Virus record (IMG/VR): IMGVR_UViG_3300009124_000002 | Location: 32,001 to 96,000 of that record | Strand: one strand, 5' to 3' | DNA: 64,000 bases | From: a virus | Shown: positions 1-8,495 of the stretch, piece after piece | Layout of the letters: each line of letters starts with the position of its first letter | Numbering within the stretch: position 1 is the first letter of the stretch | The notes under the pieces: model-generated | What the model was told of the DNA's origin: nothing | Database searches by the model: none | The model's input: only the letters and a program-made list of their open reading frames with translations | Made by a program: the position numbers and the translations under genes

Positions 1-200
1 GAGTCGCGGGACGCCAGCGTTCCTTTTGCGACCATGGGAGATGTGTTTGTTTTTGCTCTTGTGACATGTTGAGCGGTCCGAAGATGTTTCAGGAGCTCGG
101 TTGGTGGCGAATAGCAAGTCTCGAAGAGTTTTGCGGTCGCCTTCGATTTCCATTCCGTTTACTTTGATCTTCATTTGTTGCTGTGTTTGGTTTGGTTAGA

Positions 201-593
201 TTACAGAGTGGTCCCCATGAGGCTCAGTTCATCAGCGATGTCCGCGTCAGTCGCATAGAAAGTCCCCTCAATAACAGGGTCATTGGTCGTCACAACCTCA
301 GTTTTCTTGGCTGGTGCCTTCTTGCTCTTGGTCTTCTTGACAACAGGGGCTGCGGCTTTCCGACCACGTTTGCCCGAACCCAGATCGTTCTCAACAGCAG
401 CGAGCATGACAGCGACATCATACGTCTTGATGCCGACCTTGGCACCAGCAACCTTGAAGACTCGCATGTAGTCTTTCTTGTCGACTCCAGCTGCAGCAGC
501 TTGCTTCTTGAATTCGATGGGTGGGCAGATCGTAGGAGTATTGAAGGACTTCAGGATCTTGGCGAGTTTTGTATTGGCTTCAGTCAGTTTCAT
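201..593 (-). CDS. Lys/Ala-rich early hypothetical protein
   Basis: 130-aa ORF downstream of an early-type promoter (633-660). Confidence 0.7.
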   Translation of the reverse strand: MKLTEANTKLAKILKSFNTPTICPPIEFKKQAAAAGVDKKDYMRVFKVAGAKVGIKTYDVAVMLAAVENDLGSGKRGRKAAAPVVKKTKSKKAPAKKTEVVTTNDPVIEGTFYATDADIADELSLMGTTL

Positions 594-632
594 AGTATTT
601 GTTTTGTTTGTGTGTTTCTATTTACGAGAGAG

Positions 633-660
633 ATTCTAAGGCAGAGTGGAAAAAAGACAA
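633..660 (-). promoter_or_regulatory. sigma70-type early promoter (repeat family)
   Basis: TTGTCT-16-TAGAAT followed by CTCTCTCGTA, upstream A-tract. Confidence 0.65.
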
Positions 661-678
661 GGCTTTTTTTGATAAAAA

Positions 679-1110
679 TTACAGCTTGAAAAAACGGTGA
701 TTTCCGATGATTTTCACCGCCTTTTTGCCCTTGCTCCAGTATGGTTTCACTGAGTGGGTGTGATAGTGATTGGCGTATCCCACATAGGAACGGTCAAGGT
801 TCATGATGTTCTCGGCGAGCATCTTGGCATACTTTGCTTGGGGGAGATTCAAGAGGCGACCAAGCTTTCCCTTCTGGGGATCATTGGGATTCCAGCAGGA
901 GAACTGCCACTTCTGTGTGCAAACCTTAGCGGCACTGATCTTTCGCTCAATCGCTCTTTGAGAGATAACACAAGCGACGGCATACATACCGGATTCACCC
1001 TCTCCACGCGCTTCAGCAAGAATGGTGATTGCCACCGTCTCTTCAGGAGTGAAGGCATGAGATTGAAAAGCGGGAAACAACAGGACGAGGGCGAGGAGGT
1101 GTTTTTTCAT
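679..1110 (-). CDS. cell wall hydrolase, SleB/Hydrolase_2 family, with signal peptide
   Basis: AEARGE..GMYAVACVI..R and QFSCWN motifs; start MKKHLLALVLL at 1110. Confidence 0.85.
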   Translation of the reverse strand: MKKHLLALVLLFPAFQSHAFTPEETVAITILAEARGEGESGMYAVACVISQRAIERKISAAKVCTQKWQFSCWNPNDPQKGKLGRLLNLPQAKYAKMLAENIMNLDRSYVGYANHYHTHSVKPYWSKGKKAVKIIGNHRFFKL

Positions 1111-1153
1111 GTTTAGCATTACAGTAAAAGAGTAATCTACTTTTGTATTCCTG

Positions 1154-1342
1154 TCAAGACTCAATCGCTTCATAGCGATGAAAGATTTCGCGAGCAGCAG
1201 CCCACGCTTCGTCGTAGGTAGGGAACGTGGCGGACAGAAGTCCGGTGACGAGATTGAAGACGAGGAACGAGTCGCCGTCCTGCTCGATCTCCGCATAGGG
1301 AGAAATTGAAGTATTGAAGTAAGTTATCGTATGCTTAACCAT
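1154..1342 (-). CDS. small early hypothetical protein (leaderless)
   Basis: ATG lies 6 nt after TAATAT -10. Confidence 0.65.
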   Translation of the reverse strand: MVKHTITYFNTSISPYAEIEQDGDSFLVFNLVTGLLSATFPTYDEAWAAAREIFHRYEAIES

Positions 1343-1348
1343 GAGAAC

Positions 1349-1397
1349 ATATTAGTTCAAAGTCCCGTATCCGACAACCCCTAAAAGCACTTTTTTT
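1349..1397 (-). promoter_or_regulatory. early promoter cassette
   Basis: AAAAAAAGTGCTTTTAGGGG-TTGTCG-17-TAATAT; upstream part shared with 15589 and 49963 copies. Confidence 0.75.
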
Positions 1398-1411
1398 GAA
1401 CTTTTTTTACC

Positions 1412-2185
1412 CTAAAAACTACCGTTTTTAACGATAAAGTGGACGGATTTCAGGATTTCTTCAAATTTATCCAAAAAAATCATGTTTGGACCGTCTGAAG
1501 GAGCCTCATTGGGGGCTGGGTGAACCTCGAAAAAGAAGTCAGTCACCCCAACTGCTGCTGCTGCCCTTGCCATTCCCGGTGCATACTCGCGATTCCCTGA
1601 ACTAGTGGTTCCATTGCCACCCGGTTTCTGAACACTGTGAGTTGCATCAAAGACGATTGGACAATCGTAGTTCTGAAGCATGTATTGAATGCCAGCGTAA
1701 TCCACCACCAGATTGTTGTATCCAAACGAAGAGCCTCTTTCAGTAATCCAAACCTCCTTTGCAATCTTTGTCTTGGTGAGGATACCGCGAACATCTTGTG
1801 GTGAGAGAAATTGTCCCTTCTTGATGTTCACGATCTTCTGACTCCATGATGCCTCAACAATCAAGTCAGTCTGTCGGCAAAGGAAAGCAGGAATCTGAAT
1901 TACATCTACCACAGAACTCGCTACCAGACGAGACTCTTCAATACTATGAACATCAGTGAGTATCTTGACGCCAAGTTCTTTTTTGATTTCACCAAAGTCA
2001 CTCAGAGTCTTTTTGATGCCAACTCCCCTTGGTGAATCAAGACTGGTTCTGTTTGCCTTGTCATAGCTTGCCTTGAAGAAGTAATCGCAATCAAACTTTT
2101 CGCATATGCGTTTGCACTCCTCTGCAATCTCAAGACTCATCTCCAGAGTCTCGTGCTGACATGGTCCGGCAATGACTCGCATCAA
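1412..2185 (-). CDS. kdsA: 3-deoxy-8-phosphooctulonate (KDO8P) synthase
   Basis: IAGPC, KASYDKANRTS, QIPAFLCRQTDL, NIKKGQF, ERG, DATHSVQ, SDGPN motifs. Confidence 0.95.
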   Translation of the reverse strand: MMRVIAGPCQHETLEMSLEIAEECKRICEKFDCDYFFKASYDKANRTSLDSPRGVGIKKTLSDFGEIKKELGVKILTDVHSIEESRLVASSVVDVIQIPAFLCRQTDLIVEASWSQKIVNIKKGQFLSPQDVRGILTKTKIAKEVWITERGSSFGYNNLVVDYAGIQYMLQNYDCPIVFDATHSVQKPGGNGTTSSGNREYAPGMARAAAAVGVTDFFFEVHPAPNEAPSDGPNMIFLDKFEEILKSVHFIVKNGSF

Positions 2186-2433
2186 GATACAATTCCCTGA
2201 AGGTGCTTACGAAACTGCTGAATCTTCTCCTTGCGATCTGCCCAATAGATGTAAGGCTTCGTGGGATTCTTTTCAAGATTCGCCAAGAGTGGCAGTATTG
2301 CCTTATGGAGTTTCTCAAGTTTCTCTTTAGTCTCTTGAAGTTCATCAGCAGTCTGGGATGCGCTTTGGACTATATCCAATTCATCCTCATCCATTGCCGT
2401 GAAACCGAAATCAAAAAAGTCTTTGTCTGACAT
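2182..2433 (-). CDS. conserved T4-like hypothetical protein
   Basis: DFGFTAMDEDEL...PLLANL..NP..YIYW pattern; ATGA overlap with kdsA. Confidence 0.7.
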   Translation of the reverse strand: MSDKDFFDFGFTAMDEDELDIVQSASQTADELQETKEKLEKLHKAILPLLANLEKNPTKPYIYWADRKEKIQQFRKHLQGIVS

Positions 2434-2434
2434 A

Positions 2435-2989
2435 TTACGCTACCTTTTCTACTTTAATATCATCATGGTGAAGGAAGATCGACTTCCCTTTGGATTTGAA
2501 TTTATGAGTTATCTTGGCAAACGTATGAACCCAACTTTTCAACATCTTCTGCCTTGGGTTCGAACCATCAATCTTACCCTTTGAATCTGATTCAACTGTC
2601 CCGTGAGTCAGAGAATCAAAACCCCAAAGGTGAAGTTCAGTGTAATTCTCTTCAGCATGTCCTAGAAGGTAGATGATTCCATCGTGCCCAGAGTTTCTTG
2701 TTCGAACCGAATCAGGAATCCATCGTAAGGTCGATTTATCAATCAATCCTTTTATCACCAAAGGTTTCACCATTGCTTCATATTTGATTCTTGCAATGAG
2801 AGGATCTTGAAGTTTGGTGTTATGATTCTGCATGTGCCTAAGAGGTCTCTTGTCATGTATGAATACACCCTTGTGCTTTATACCCTCTGTCCCAAAGTTG
2901 CAACCATACACATCACCAACAGGCTCATTCCGAAAGAACTTCTTGGAAGGACCATTACCAATCAAATGTGCGATTCTTTTTTCTGGCAT
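2435..2989 (-). CDS. Maf/CstII-like (DUF115-like) putative glycosyltransferase
   Basis: LIGNGPS, YGCN, ELHLWGFD motifs. Confidence 0.55.
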   Translation of the reverse strand: MPEKRIAHLIGNGPSKKFFRNEPVGDVYGCNFGTEGIKHKGVFIHDKRPLRHMQNHNTKLQDPLIARIKYEAMVKPLVIKGLIDKSTLRWIPDSVRTRNSGHDGIIYLLGHAEENYTELHLWGFDSLTHGTVESDSKGKIDGSNPRQKMLKSWVHTFAKITHKFKSKGKSIFLHHDDIKVEKVA

Positions 2990-3062
2990 AAATAAAGAAG
3001 TATTTATTATGTATATAGTGATGTCATGACTACACTAACAATACAAACGAAAGCAAAGTAAT

Positions 3063-3296
3063 ATGGAAACTGTAATTCAATTCTTGACTGAAAAGGGGTG
3101 GTTTGAATATGTCACCGCTGCCGTCACGATTGCTTCCGTTATCGCCAGTGTCACACCTACACCAAAGGAAGGCACTATCTGGGCAAAGGTCTACAAGGGT
3201 ATTGACTGGTTGGCGATTAACGTAGGTAAAGCCAAGGAAACCGGAGTAAAGCCCGTTGAGGCTCCTGCTCCAAAGGAAAAGAAGAAGAAGGGTTGA
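3063..3296 (+). CDS. small membrane protein, holin-like
   Basis: hydrophobic helix VTAAVTIASVIASVT-PTP and basic C-terminus; only clear plus-strand gene. Confidence 0.55.
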   Translation: METVIQFLTEKGWFEYVTAAVTIASVIASVTPTPKEGTIWAKVYKGIDWLAINVGKAKETGVKPVEAPAPKEKKKKG

Positions 3297-3632
3297 TTAC
3301 TTCTTCTTCTTAGGGGATAATTCCGCACTGCTTTTAGTGGTGCGGAATTTTTCATATTCTTGCTGATACACCGGAAACAGTAGATTCTCCAATGCTCTGA
3401 CGATTGCCTCTTCTTTCTGATCGTCATCAATCATGTATGCAATACCACTCATATCAAAAGCAGCATGAATACATTCATGCATCAGAGTATCAAATGCTTG
3501 TTCATCAGTCAGAGTATTGCGAATCTTGATTACCTTGTCTTCCAACTCATACAAACCATACTCACTTATCTTGCAGTATTTGATTTGAAAATCGACACCA
3601 GCAACAGATATTGATGATGGTCGGTATTTCAC
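3297..3632 (-). CDS. HExxH metallopeptidase-like protein
   Basis: TLMHECIHA motif. Confidence 0.65.
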   Translation of the reverse strand: MKYRPSSISVAGVDFQIKYCKISEYGLYELEDKVIKIRNTLTDEQAFDTLMHECIHAAFDMSGIAYMIDDDQKEEAIVRALENLLFPVYQQEYEKFRTTKSSAELSPKKKK

Positions 3633-3868
3633 TTGTTGTAAACCTTCCGCTCAAGTTGGCGAAAGCGTTTATCAGAATGCCAGATTTCATCGGTCTGTGC
3701 TTGGTAGATTCCCTCCACTGTCTGAACCTTTGTCCCCGCCTTGAGATGCAACGTAGGTGGCTGCCAAAGATTCAAATTGTTCACGTTCGGTGAGGAGTTG
3801 GTCGCGCAGGAGGTCAGCACGAAGGGCATCATTGCTGTTGCCAGAAGAACGGTATTTTTCAATTTCAT
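3629..3868 (-). CDS. lipoprotein, o-spanin (Rz1-like) candidate
   Basis: MKLKNTVLLATAMMPFVLTSC lipobox; overlaps upstream ORF in another frame. Confidence 0.5.
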   Translation of the reverse strand: MKLKNTVLLATAMMPFVLTSCATNSSPNVNNLNLWQPPTLHLKAGTKVQTVEGIYQAQTDEIWHSDKRFRQLERKVYNK

Positions 3869-3989
3869 TAATGAGTCCTTTCTCTCTTTCACGGTGGTCG
3901 TCGATTAAATCCCGATAGAAAGCCTTGTTCTTGAACGCAAGGTAGAGTTCAAGTGATTTCAAGACTGATTTGATAAGTCCGAATATCAT
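3687..3989 (-). CDS. hypothetical protein, i-spanin (Rz-like) candidate
   Basis: amphipathic N-terminus plus coiled coil; overlaps lipoprotein gene. Confidence 0.4.
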   Translation of the reverse strand: MIFGLIKSVLKSLELYLAFKNKAFYRDLIDDHREREKGLINEIEKYRSSGNSNDALRADLLRDQLLTEREQFESLAATYVASQGGDKGSDSGGNLPSTDR

Positions 3990-3995
3990 ATGGTT

Positions 3996-4346
3996 TTATT
4001 TAGTTAGACCCCAAGCGTAAACCCTGTTGTCGTGAATCTCTACTCTTTCTGCCCCGGTAACTGGAGTCTTGTCTGATAAGACAAAAGAGTCATACTTGTA
4101 TGGGTCGTAGAATACTCTTCTGCCCAGATAGCGAAGGCATTCCATATCGATGTCTTCTTTCAATTCACCACGAACATATGCATGGACATTCTTACGCTTC
4201 TCCTGAAGAACCCTTTCCCTGCCTCTTTGTGAGACAATGAATTTTGCTCCTTCGATTATCACTGAATCGCAATGACGAATCACCTTTCCCTTATGCCTCA
4301 CTGAGAGACATTTCTTGTGGAGGTTATAGTAGACATCGACCTTCAT
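3996..4346 (-). CDS. conserved phage hypothetical protein
   Basis: YYNLHKKCLSV...KRKNVHAYVRG pattern. Confidence 0.7.
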   Translation of the reverse strand: MKVDVYYNLHKKCLSVRHKGKVIRHCDSVIIEGAKFIVSQRGRERVLQEKRKNVHAYVRGELKEDIDMECLRYLGRRVFYDPYKYDSFVLSDKTPVTGAERVEIHDNRVYAWGLTK

Positions 4347-4912
4347 CGTATGGTTTTATTTATCCTATCCACGGCTCCACCTATAGCATAAAGAACACTA
4401 TCGAATCCACCTGACCCAAGCCCACCAAGAGTAGCTTGATTCCAAGGTTGCGGAAAGTTAACACCAATCCCACCATGTTCATAGAACTTTTCAATCTTAG
4501 CATCTGTATCATCAATCAGAATGGTCTGAGGATTGGCACAAAAATACTTTTCCTTTGTGAAGATTCGTTTCACCTTGGGAAAGTAACGGTCAAGCCACAT
4601 ACTCTTTCCAACAATGCAAAGGGGATTTCTTGATGGTGCAGTGCAGAATGCCATGTTCTCAATACCCACAAGATTCTCACAGTGCTCAATGAGTTCATCT
4701 GCCCATTCAAACTTATCGAGTCCATCCCAGAACTCTACGTTATCAGTGACCTTCCAGAATTCATCTGGAGTAATGTTCCATGCCTCTTCAATCTGGTATC
4801 CAGTGAATCCCTTCTCATAGGGATTCTCTCTATTGTGTGCCTTGCAGATTCCACCAACGAAATCAGCAACCACACCATCCATGTCAATGAGTATTTTCGC
4901 TTTGTTTTTCAT
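4343..4912 (-). CDS. 5'(3')-deoxyribonucleotidase, HAD family
   Basis: DMDGVVADF and LIDD motifs. Confidence 0.8.
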   Translation of the reverse strand: MKNKAKILIDMDGVVADFVGGICKAHNRENPYEKGFTGYQIEEAWNITPDEFWKVTDNVEFWDGLDKFEWADELIEHCENLVGIENMAFCTAPSRNPLCIVGKSMWLDRYFPKVKRIFTKEKYFCANPQTILIDDTDAKIEKFYEHGGIGVNFPQPWNQATLGGLGSGGFDSVLYAIGGAVDRINKTIR

Positions 4913-4914
4913 AA

Positions 4915-5496
4915 TCAGTTAAACATAAAGTGTTCCCATTCATCTCGGCAATCAATGCCAAGTCTTTGTAGTCTAAAGTTCAAATCCACTAGTGTTCTGG
5001 CACGAACCTCTTTACCCAGAGCATTCATGAAGGGATACTTGTGCCCCTTGTCCCGATTGCATCGTTTACATGCCAGAACCAAATTAAAGTCATCATTTGA
5101 ACCACCCTTGCACTTTGGATATGCATGGTCCTTTGTTGCCTGATCAAAGGGAATCTTCTTCAGGCAATACTGACAGACTGCATCATACAAGACATAGAGT
5201 TGCTTTCTTGTCGGCTGAGTGTTCTTCTTGAACTGAGGCATCTTGCTGTATGAAGGTATCAGAAGAATTGTGGGGACATACCAATTGTGCCGTACGGAAC
5301 TCATGTAGGGTTGGTCATCATGCATATTCAGAGAATGATTCCAGTCATCCCACTGGAGTGCATTGAAATCTTTATCCATACCTTTGCCACTAAACTTCAT
5401 CATATGCCGTATCACATTTCGTGCTGTAAAGAATCCTATTGGTGCATAGGTTGAATTCAGAACAAGGGTTGTCTTTCGATGTGGTTCAACTTTCAC
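4915..5496 (-). CDS. HNH endonuclease
   Basis: CQYC...DH..PKCKGG....NLVLACKRCN. Confidence 0.85.
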   Translation of the reverse strand: MKVEPHRKTTLVLNSTYAPIGFFTARNVIRHMMKFSGKGMDKDFNALQWDDWNHSLNMHDDQPYMSSVRHNWYVPTILLIPSYSKMPQFKKNTQPTRKQLYVLYDAVCQYCLKKIPFDQATKDHAYPKCKGGSNDDFNLVLACKRCNRDKGHKYPFMNALGKEVRARTLVDLNFRLQRLGIDCRDEWEHFMFN

Positions 5497-5763
5497 AAAT
5501 TATATATGAAAGATGCGAACAGAAAAAGGATAAAGACAATACCAAGAATGTCATCAATGTCTCTCGTTTCTTCTTGTGTGTGCTTGTTTTTCATTTTTTG
5601 ATTGATGCAAGAACCAATCCAATGTTTGCCATGGCATAAGACATCCAGACTATAGACCAAGGATAGTTCTTCTTTATGAGATAATATATTCCTGTTAATG
5701 CATACACAACAGCGACCGATCCGGGGAGGTAAATTGTAAACAGTTTATCAGTCATAAAGTATA

Positions 5764-5840
<77 letters not shown>

Positions 5841-5877
5841 TTTGTTTATTCTATTATAGTGGATTTAATTTTTGAAA

Positions 5878-7140
5878 TCAAGAGATGATTTCCTTGAGAA
5901 CCCTACCATCCTTAATGATTTCAATTGGACGGTTACCAGAGGTCATGAGCCGCTTCTCGGGATTGATACCCATAAGGTGATACAGAGTTGCTCCGTAATC
6001 AGCAGGGGTAACTAGATCTTCCTCTGGTTCGCTGCCAGTCATATCAGGTTTGCCATAGACAAATCCTCTCTTGACTCCACCACCAGCAAGTGCAATTCCA
6101 AAAAGCTTTGCCCAATGGTCACGACCAGCAGTTCGATTAATCTTTGGGGTGCGACCAAATTCAGAAGTCACGACCACCAGAGTTTCATCAAGCATACCCC
6201 GTTCATCAAGGTCGCGAATCAGTGCAGCATATGCTTTATCGAATTCAGGTTGCCATCTTGTGATTCCAGCCTCAATGCCATCGTGCATATCCCAACTCCC
6301 AAAGGTAACAGTGACATACCTTACTCCAGCTTCGACCAGACGACGAGAAAGAAGGAAACGAGAACCAGCAGCACCAGTTCCATAATTCTCTCGGGTCTTT
6401 GAATTCTCTGTCTTGAGGTCGAATGCTGCTCTTGCAGTTTCACTTGAAATCAGGTCATATGCCTGAGAGTAGAACTTGTCAACACCACTCATGACATCTG
6501 CCTTTTCTAGATTTGAAAAGTGATTGTCCACAATCGAGCGCATTGACCTGCGCTTGGCAAATCGATTGGTATCTACACCAGATGGTAGCCCAAGGTCTCT
6601 TACCTGAAAGTCACCAGATTCTGGATTTGAACCAAGCCCAAAGGGACCAAATGCAGTTGAGAGATAACCAGATCCACCATAATCATTTGCCTTGTTCGGA
6701 ATTGCCACATATGGTGGAATGTTGTTTCTTCCACCCAATTCATGTGCAACCACTGAACCAATACTAGGATATATGAGTGCTGGAGATGGGCGATATCCAG
6801 TCATCATGTTGTGCGTTCCTCTTTCATGTGCTGCTTCACCATGAGACATTGATTGAATCACGGTAATCTTGTCAGCAATCTTTGCAGTCTCACTTAGATT
6901 CTGTGAGAGTCTCAATCCAGCGACATTGGTATTCACTACACCCAAGGGACCACGATATTCAAGTGGAGCATCAGGAATTGGAATCCAGCTTTCCTGATGT
7001 GCCATGCCACCAGGAAGGAATATCTGAATCACACTCTTGGCACGAACCTTGAGATTTGACTCTGCTTGTGCCTTGAGAATAGATCCCATTGAGAGACCCA
7101 TCACGGAACCATTAAAAAGAAACGATCTTCTATTCATCAT
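5878..7140 (-). CDS. DUF1501 family protein with Tat signal
   Basis: NRRSFL; VIQIFLPGG; RRLVEAGVRYV; WDMH; SEFGRTP; RDHW; LAGGGVKRG. Confidence 0.9.
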   Translation of the reverse strand: MMNRRSFLFNGSVMGLSMGSILKAQAESNLKVRAKSVIQIFLPGGMAHQESWIPIPDAPLEYRGPLGVVNTNVAGLRLSQNLSETAKIADKITVIQSMSHGEAAHERGTHNMMTGYRPSPALIYPSIGSVVAHELGGRNNIPPYVAIPNKANDYGGSGYLSTAFGPFGLGSNPESGDFQVRDLGLPSGVDTNRFAKRRSMRSIVDNHFSNLEKADVMSGVDKFYSQAYDLISSETARAAFDLKTENSKTRENYGTGAAGSRFLLSRRLVEAGVRYVTVTFGSWDMHDGIEAGITRWQPEFDKAYAALIRDLDERGMLDETLVVVTSEFGRTPKINRTAGRDHWAKLFGIALAGGGVKRGFVYGKPDMTGSEPEEDLVTPADYGATLYHLMGINPEKRLMTSGNRPIEIIKDGRVLKEIIS

Positions 7141-7144
7141 AGTA

Positions 7145-8494
7145 TTAGGCGATAATGCCTTTCTGGACTTCTCCATGAACATCAGTCAGACGAAAGTCTC
7201 GACCATTGTAGCGATAAGTGAATTCCTTGAAGTCAAACCCAAGAAGTGTAAGGACTGTGGCATGAAGGTCGTGGACATGGCATGGATTTTCAACTGCCTT
7301 GTATCCAAGTTCATCAGTTGCTCCATATGCAGTCCCACCCTTGACACCACCACCGATCAGGGCAGTGGAGAATCCAGTGTGTTGATGAGCACGACCAAAA
7401 TAACCATTACGACCAGCACCATCACGATGAGGTGTTCTTCCAAATTCACCACCAAGAATGATAAGAGTATCATGGAGCATTCCACGTTGCTTGAGGTCAT
7501 CAATCAATGCAGTCAAGGGACCATCGATACCCTTCGCTCTTACTGTCAATGAAGTAAAGAGATTGTCATGCATATCCCAACCTCCGTTCCATGCCTGTAC
7601 AAAACGAACACCACGTTCAAGAAGTCTCCGGGCGATAAGAAACTGCTTGCCTGTATCTGTGTTTCCATAAGTATCCCTTACTTTCTTTTCTTCCTTACTT
7701 ACATCAAATGCCTCTGTTGCTTCAATTTGCATATTGTATGCAATCTCGTATGACTTGATTCTGTTCTCCAATTCAATATCTTTACCATTCAACTGCGAGT
7801 GCATGGTATTCATCTTAGCAAGGAGATCAAGTTTTCTTCTCTGCTCTTGAAGTGTTCCGCTTGTCTTGATGTTGGCAATCATTTGATTCACATCACGCAA
7901 ACGAGTATCGATTGGAGTTCCCTGATAGAGACCGGGAAGAAAGGCAGACTGCATACTCTCTGTGTATCTCTGAGCACCACCGGGAGCAAGAGAAACAAAA
8001 CCGGGGAGATTATCATTTGCCAAACCAAGACCATAGGATACCCATGAACCAAAGGAAGGGCGAGGTAATGAAATCTGTCCAGTATTGAACATACGAACAC
8101 CAACATCATGGGCAGGAACATCTGTCATCATTGAACGAACTACACAGATATCATCAGCGTGTTTTTGCAATTGAGGAAAGCAAGAAGACATCAAGAGACC
8201 AGACTGACCACAAGGAGTAAACTCAAAATCAGTGGCATGACCAAGACGATTGCCGTTGATCTTTTTGCCATCAAACTTTTCGAGTTCTGGTTTGTAATCC
8301 CACATATCCAGATGTGTTGATGCACCTTGTAGGAAGATGTGTAGAATTCTCTTTGCTTTTCCTTGAGGTGCAACTGCCTGTGCGTTCTCATTGAACATTG
8401 TGCTTGCAGCGATCGCACCAAGACCCATACCTGTTGAACGCAGAAATTCTCTACGGGAGGATGGAAGTGGTTTGATATTAGAGCATGTATTCAT
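7145..8494 (-). CDS. DUF1501 family protein with Tat signal
   Basis: SRREFL; HIFLQG..THLDMWDYKPEL; RRLLERGVRFVQ; WDMH; GEFGRTP; HVHDLHATVL. Confidence 0.9.
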   Translation of the reverse strand: MNTCSNIKPLPSSRREFLRSTGMGLGAIAASTMFNENAQAVAPQGKAKRILHIFLQGASTHLDMWDYKPELEKFDGKKINGNRLGHATDFEFTPCGQSGLLMSSCFPQLQKHADDICVVRSMMTDVPAHDVGVRMFNTGQISLPRPSFGSWVSYGLGLANDNLPGFVSLAPGGAQRYTESMQSAFLPGLYQGTPIDTRLRDVNQMIANIKTSGTLQEQRRKLDLLAKMNTMHSQLNGKDIELENRIKSYEIAYNMQIEATEAFDVSKEEKKVRDTYGNTDTGKQFLIARRLLERGVRFVQAWNGGWDMHDNLFTSLTVRAKGIDGPLTALIDDLKQRGMLHDTLIILGGEFGRTPHRDGAGRNGYFGRAHQHTGFSTALIGGGVKGGTAYGATDELGYKAVENPCHVHDLHATVLTLLGFDFKEFTYRYNGRDFRLTDVHGEVQKGIIA

Positions 8495-8495
8495 A

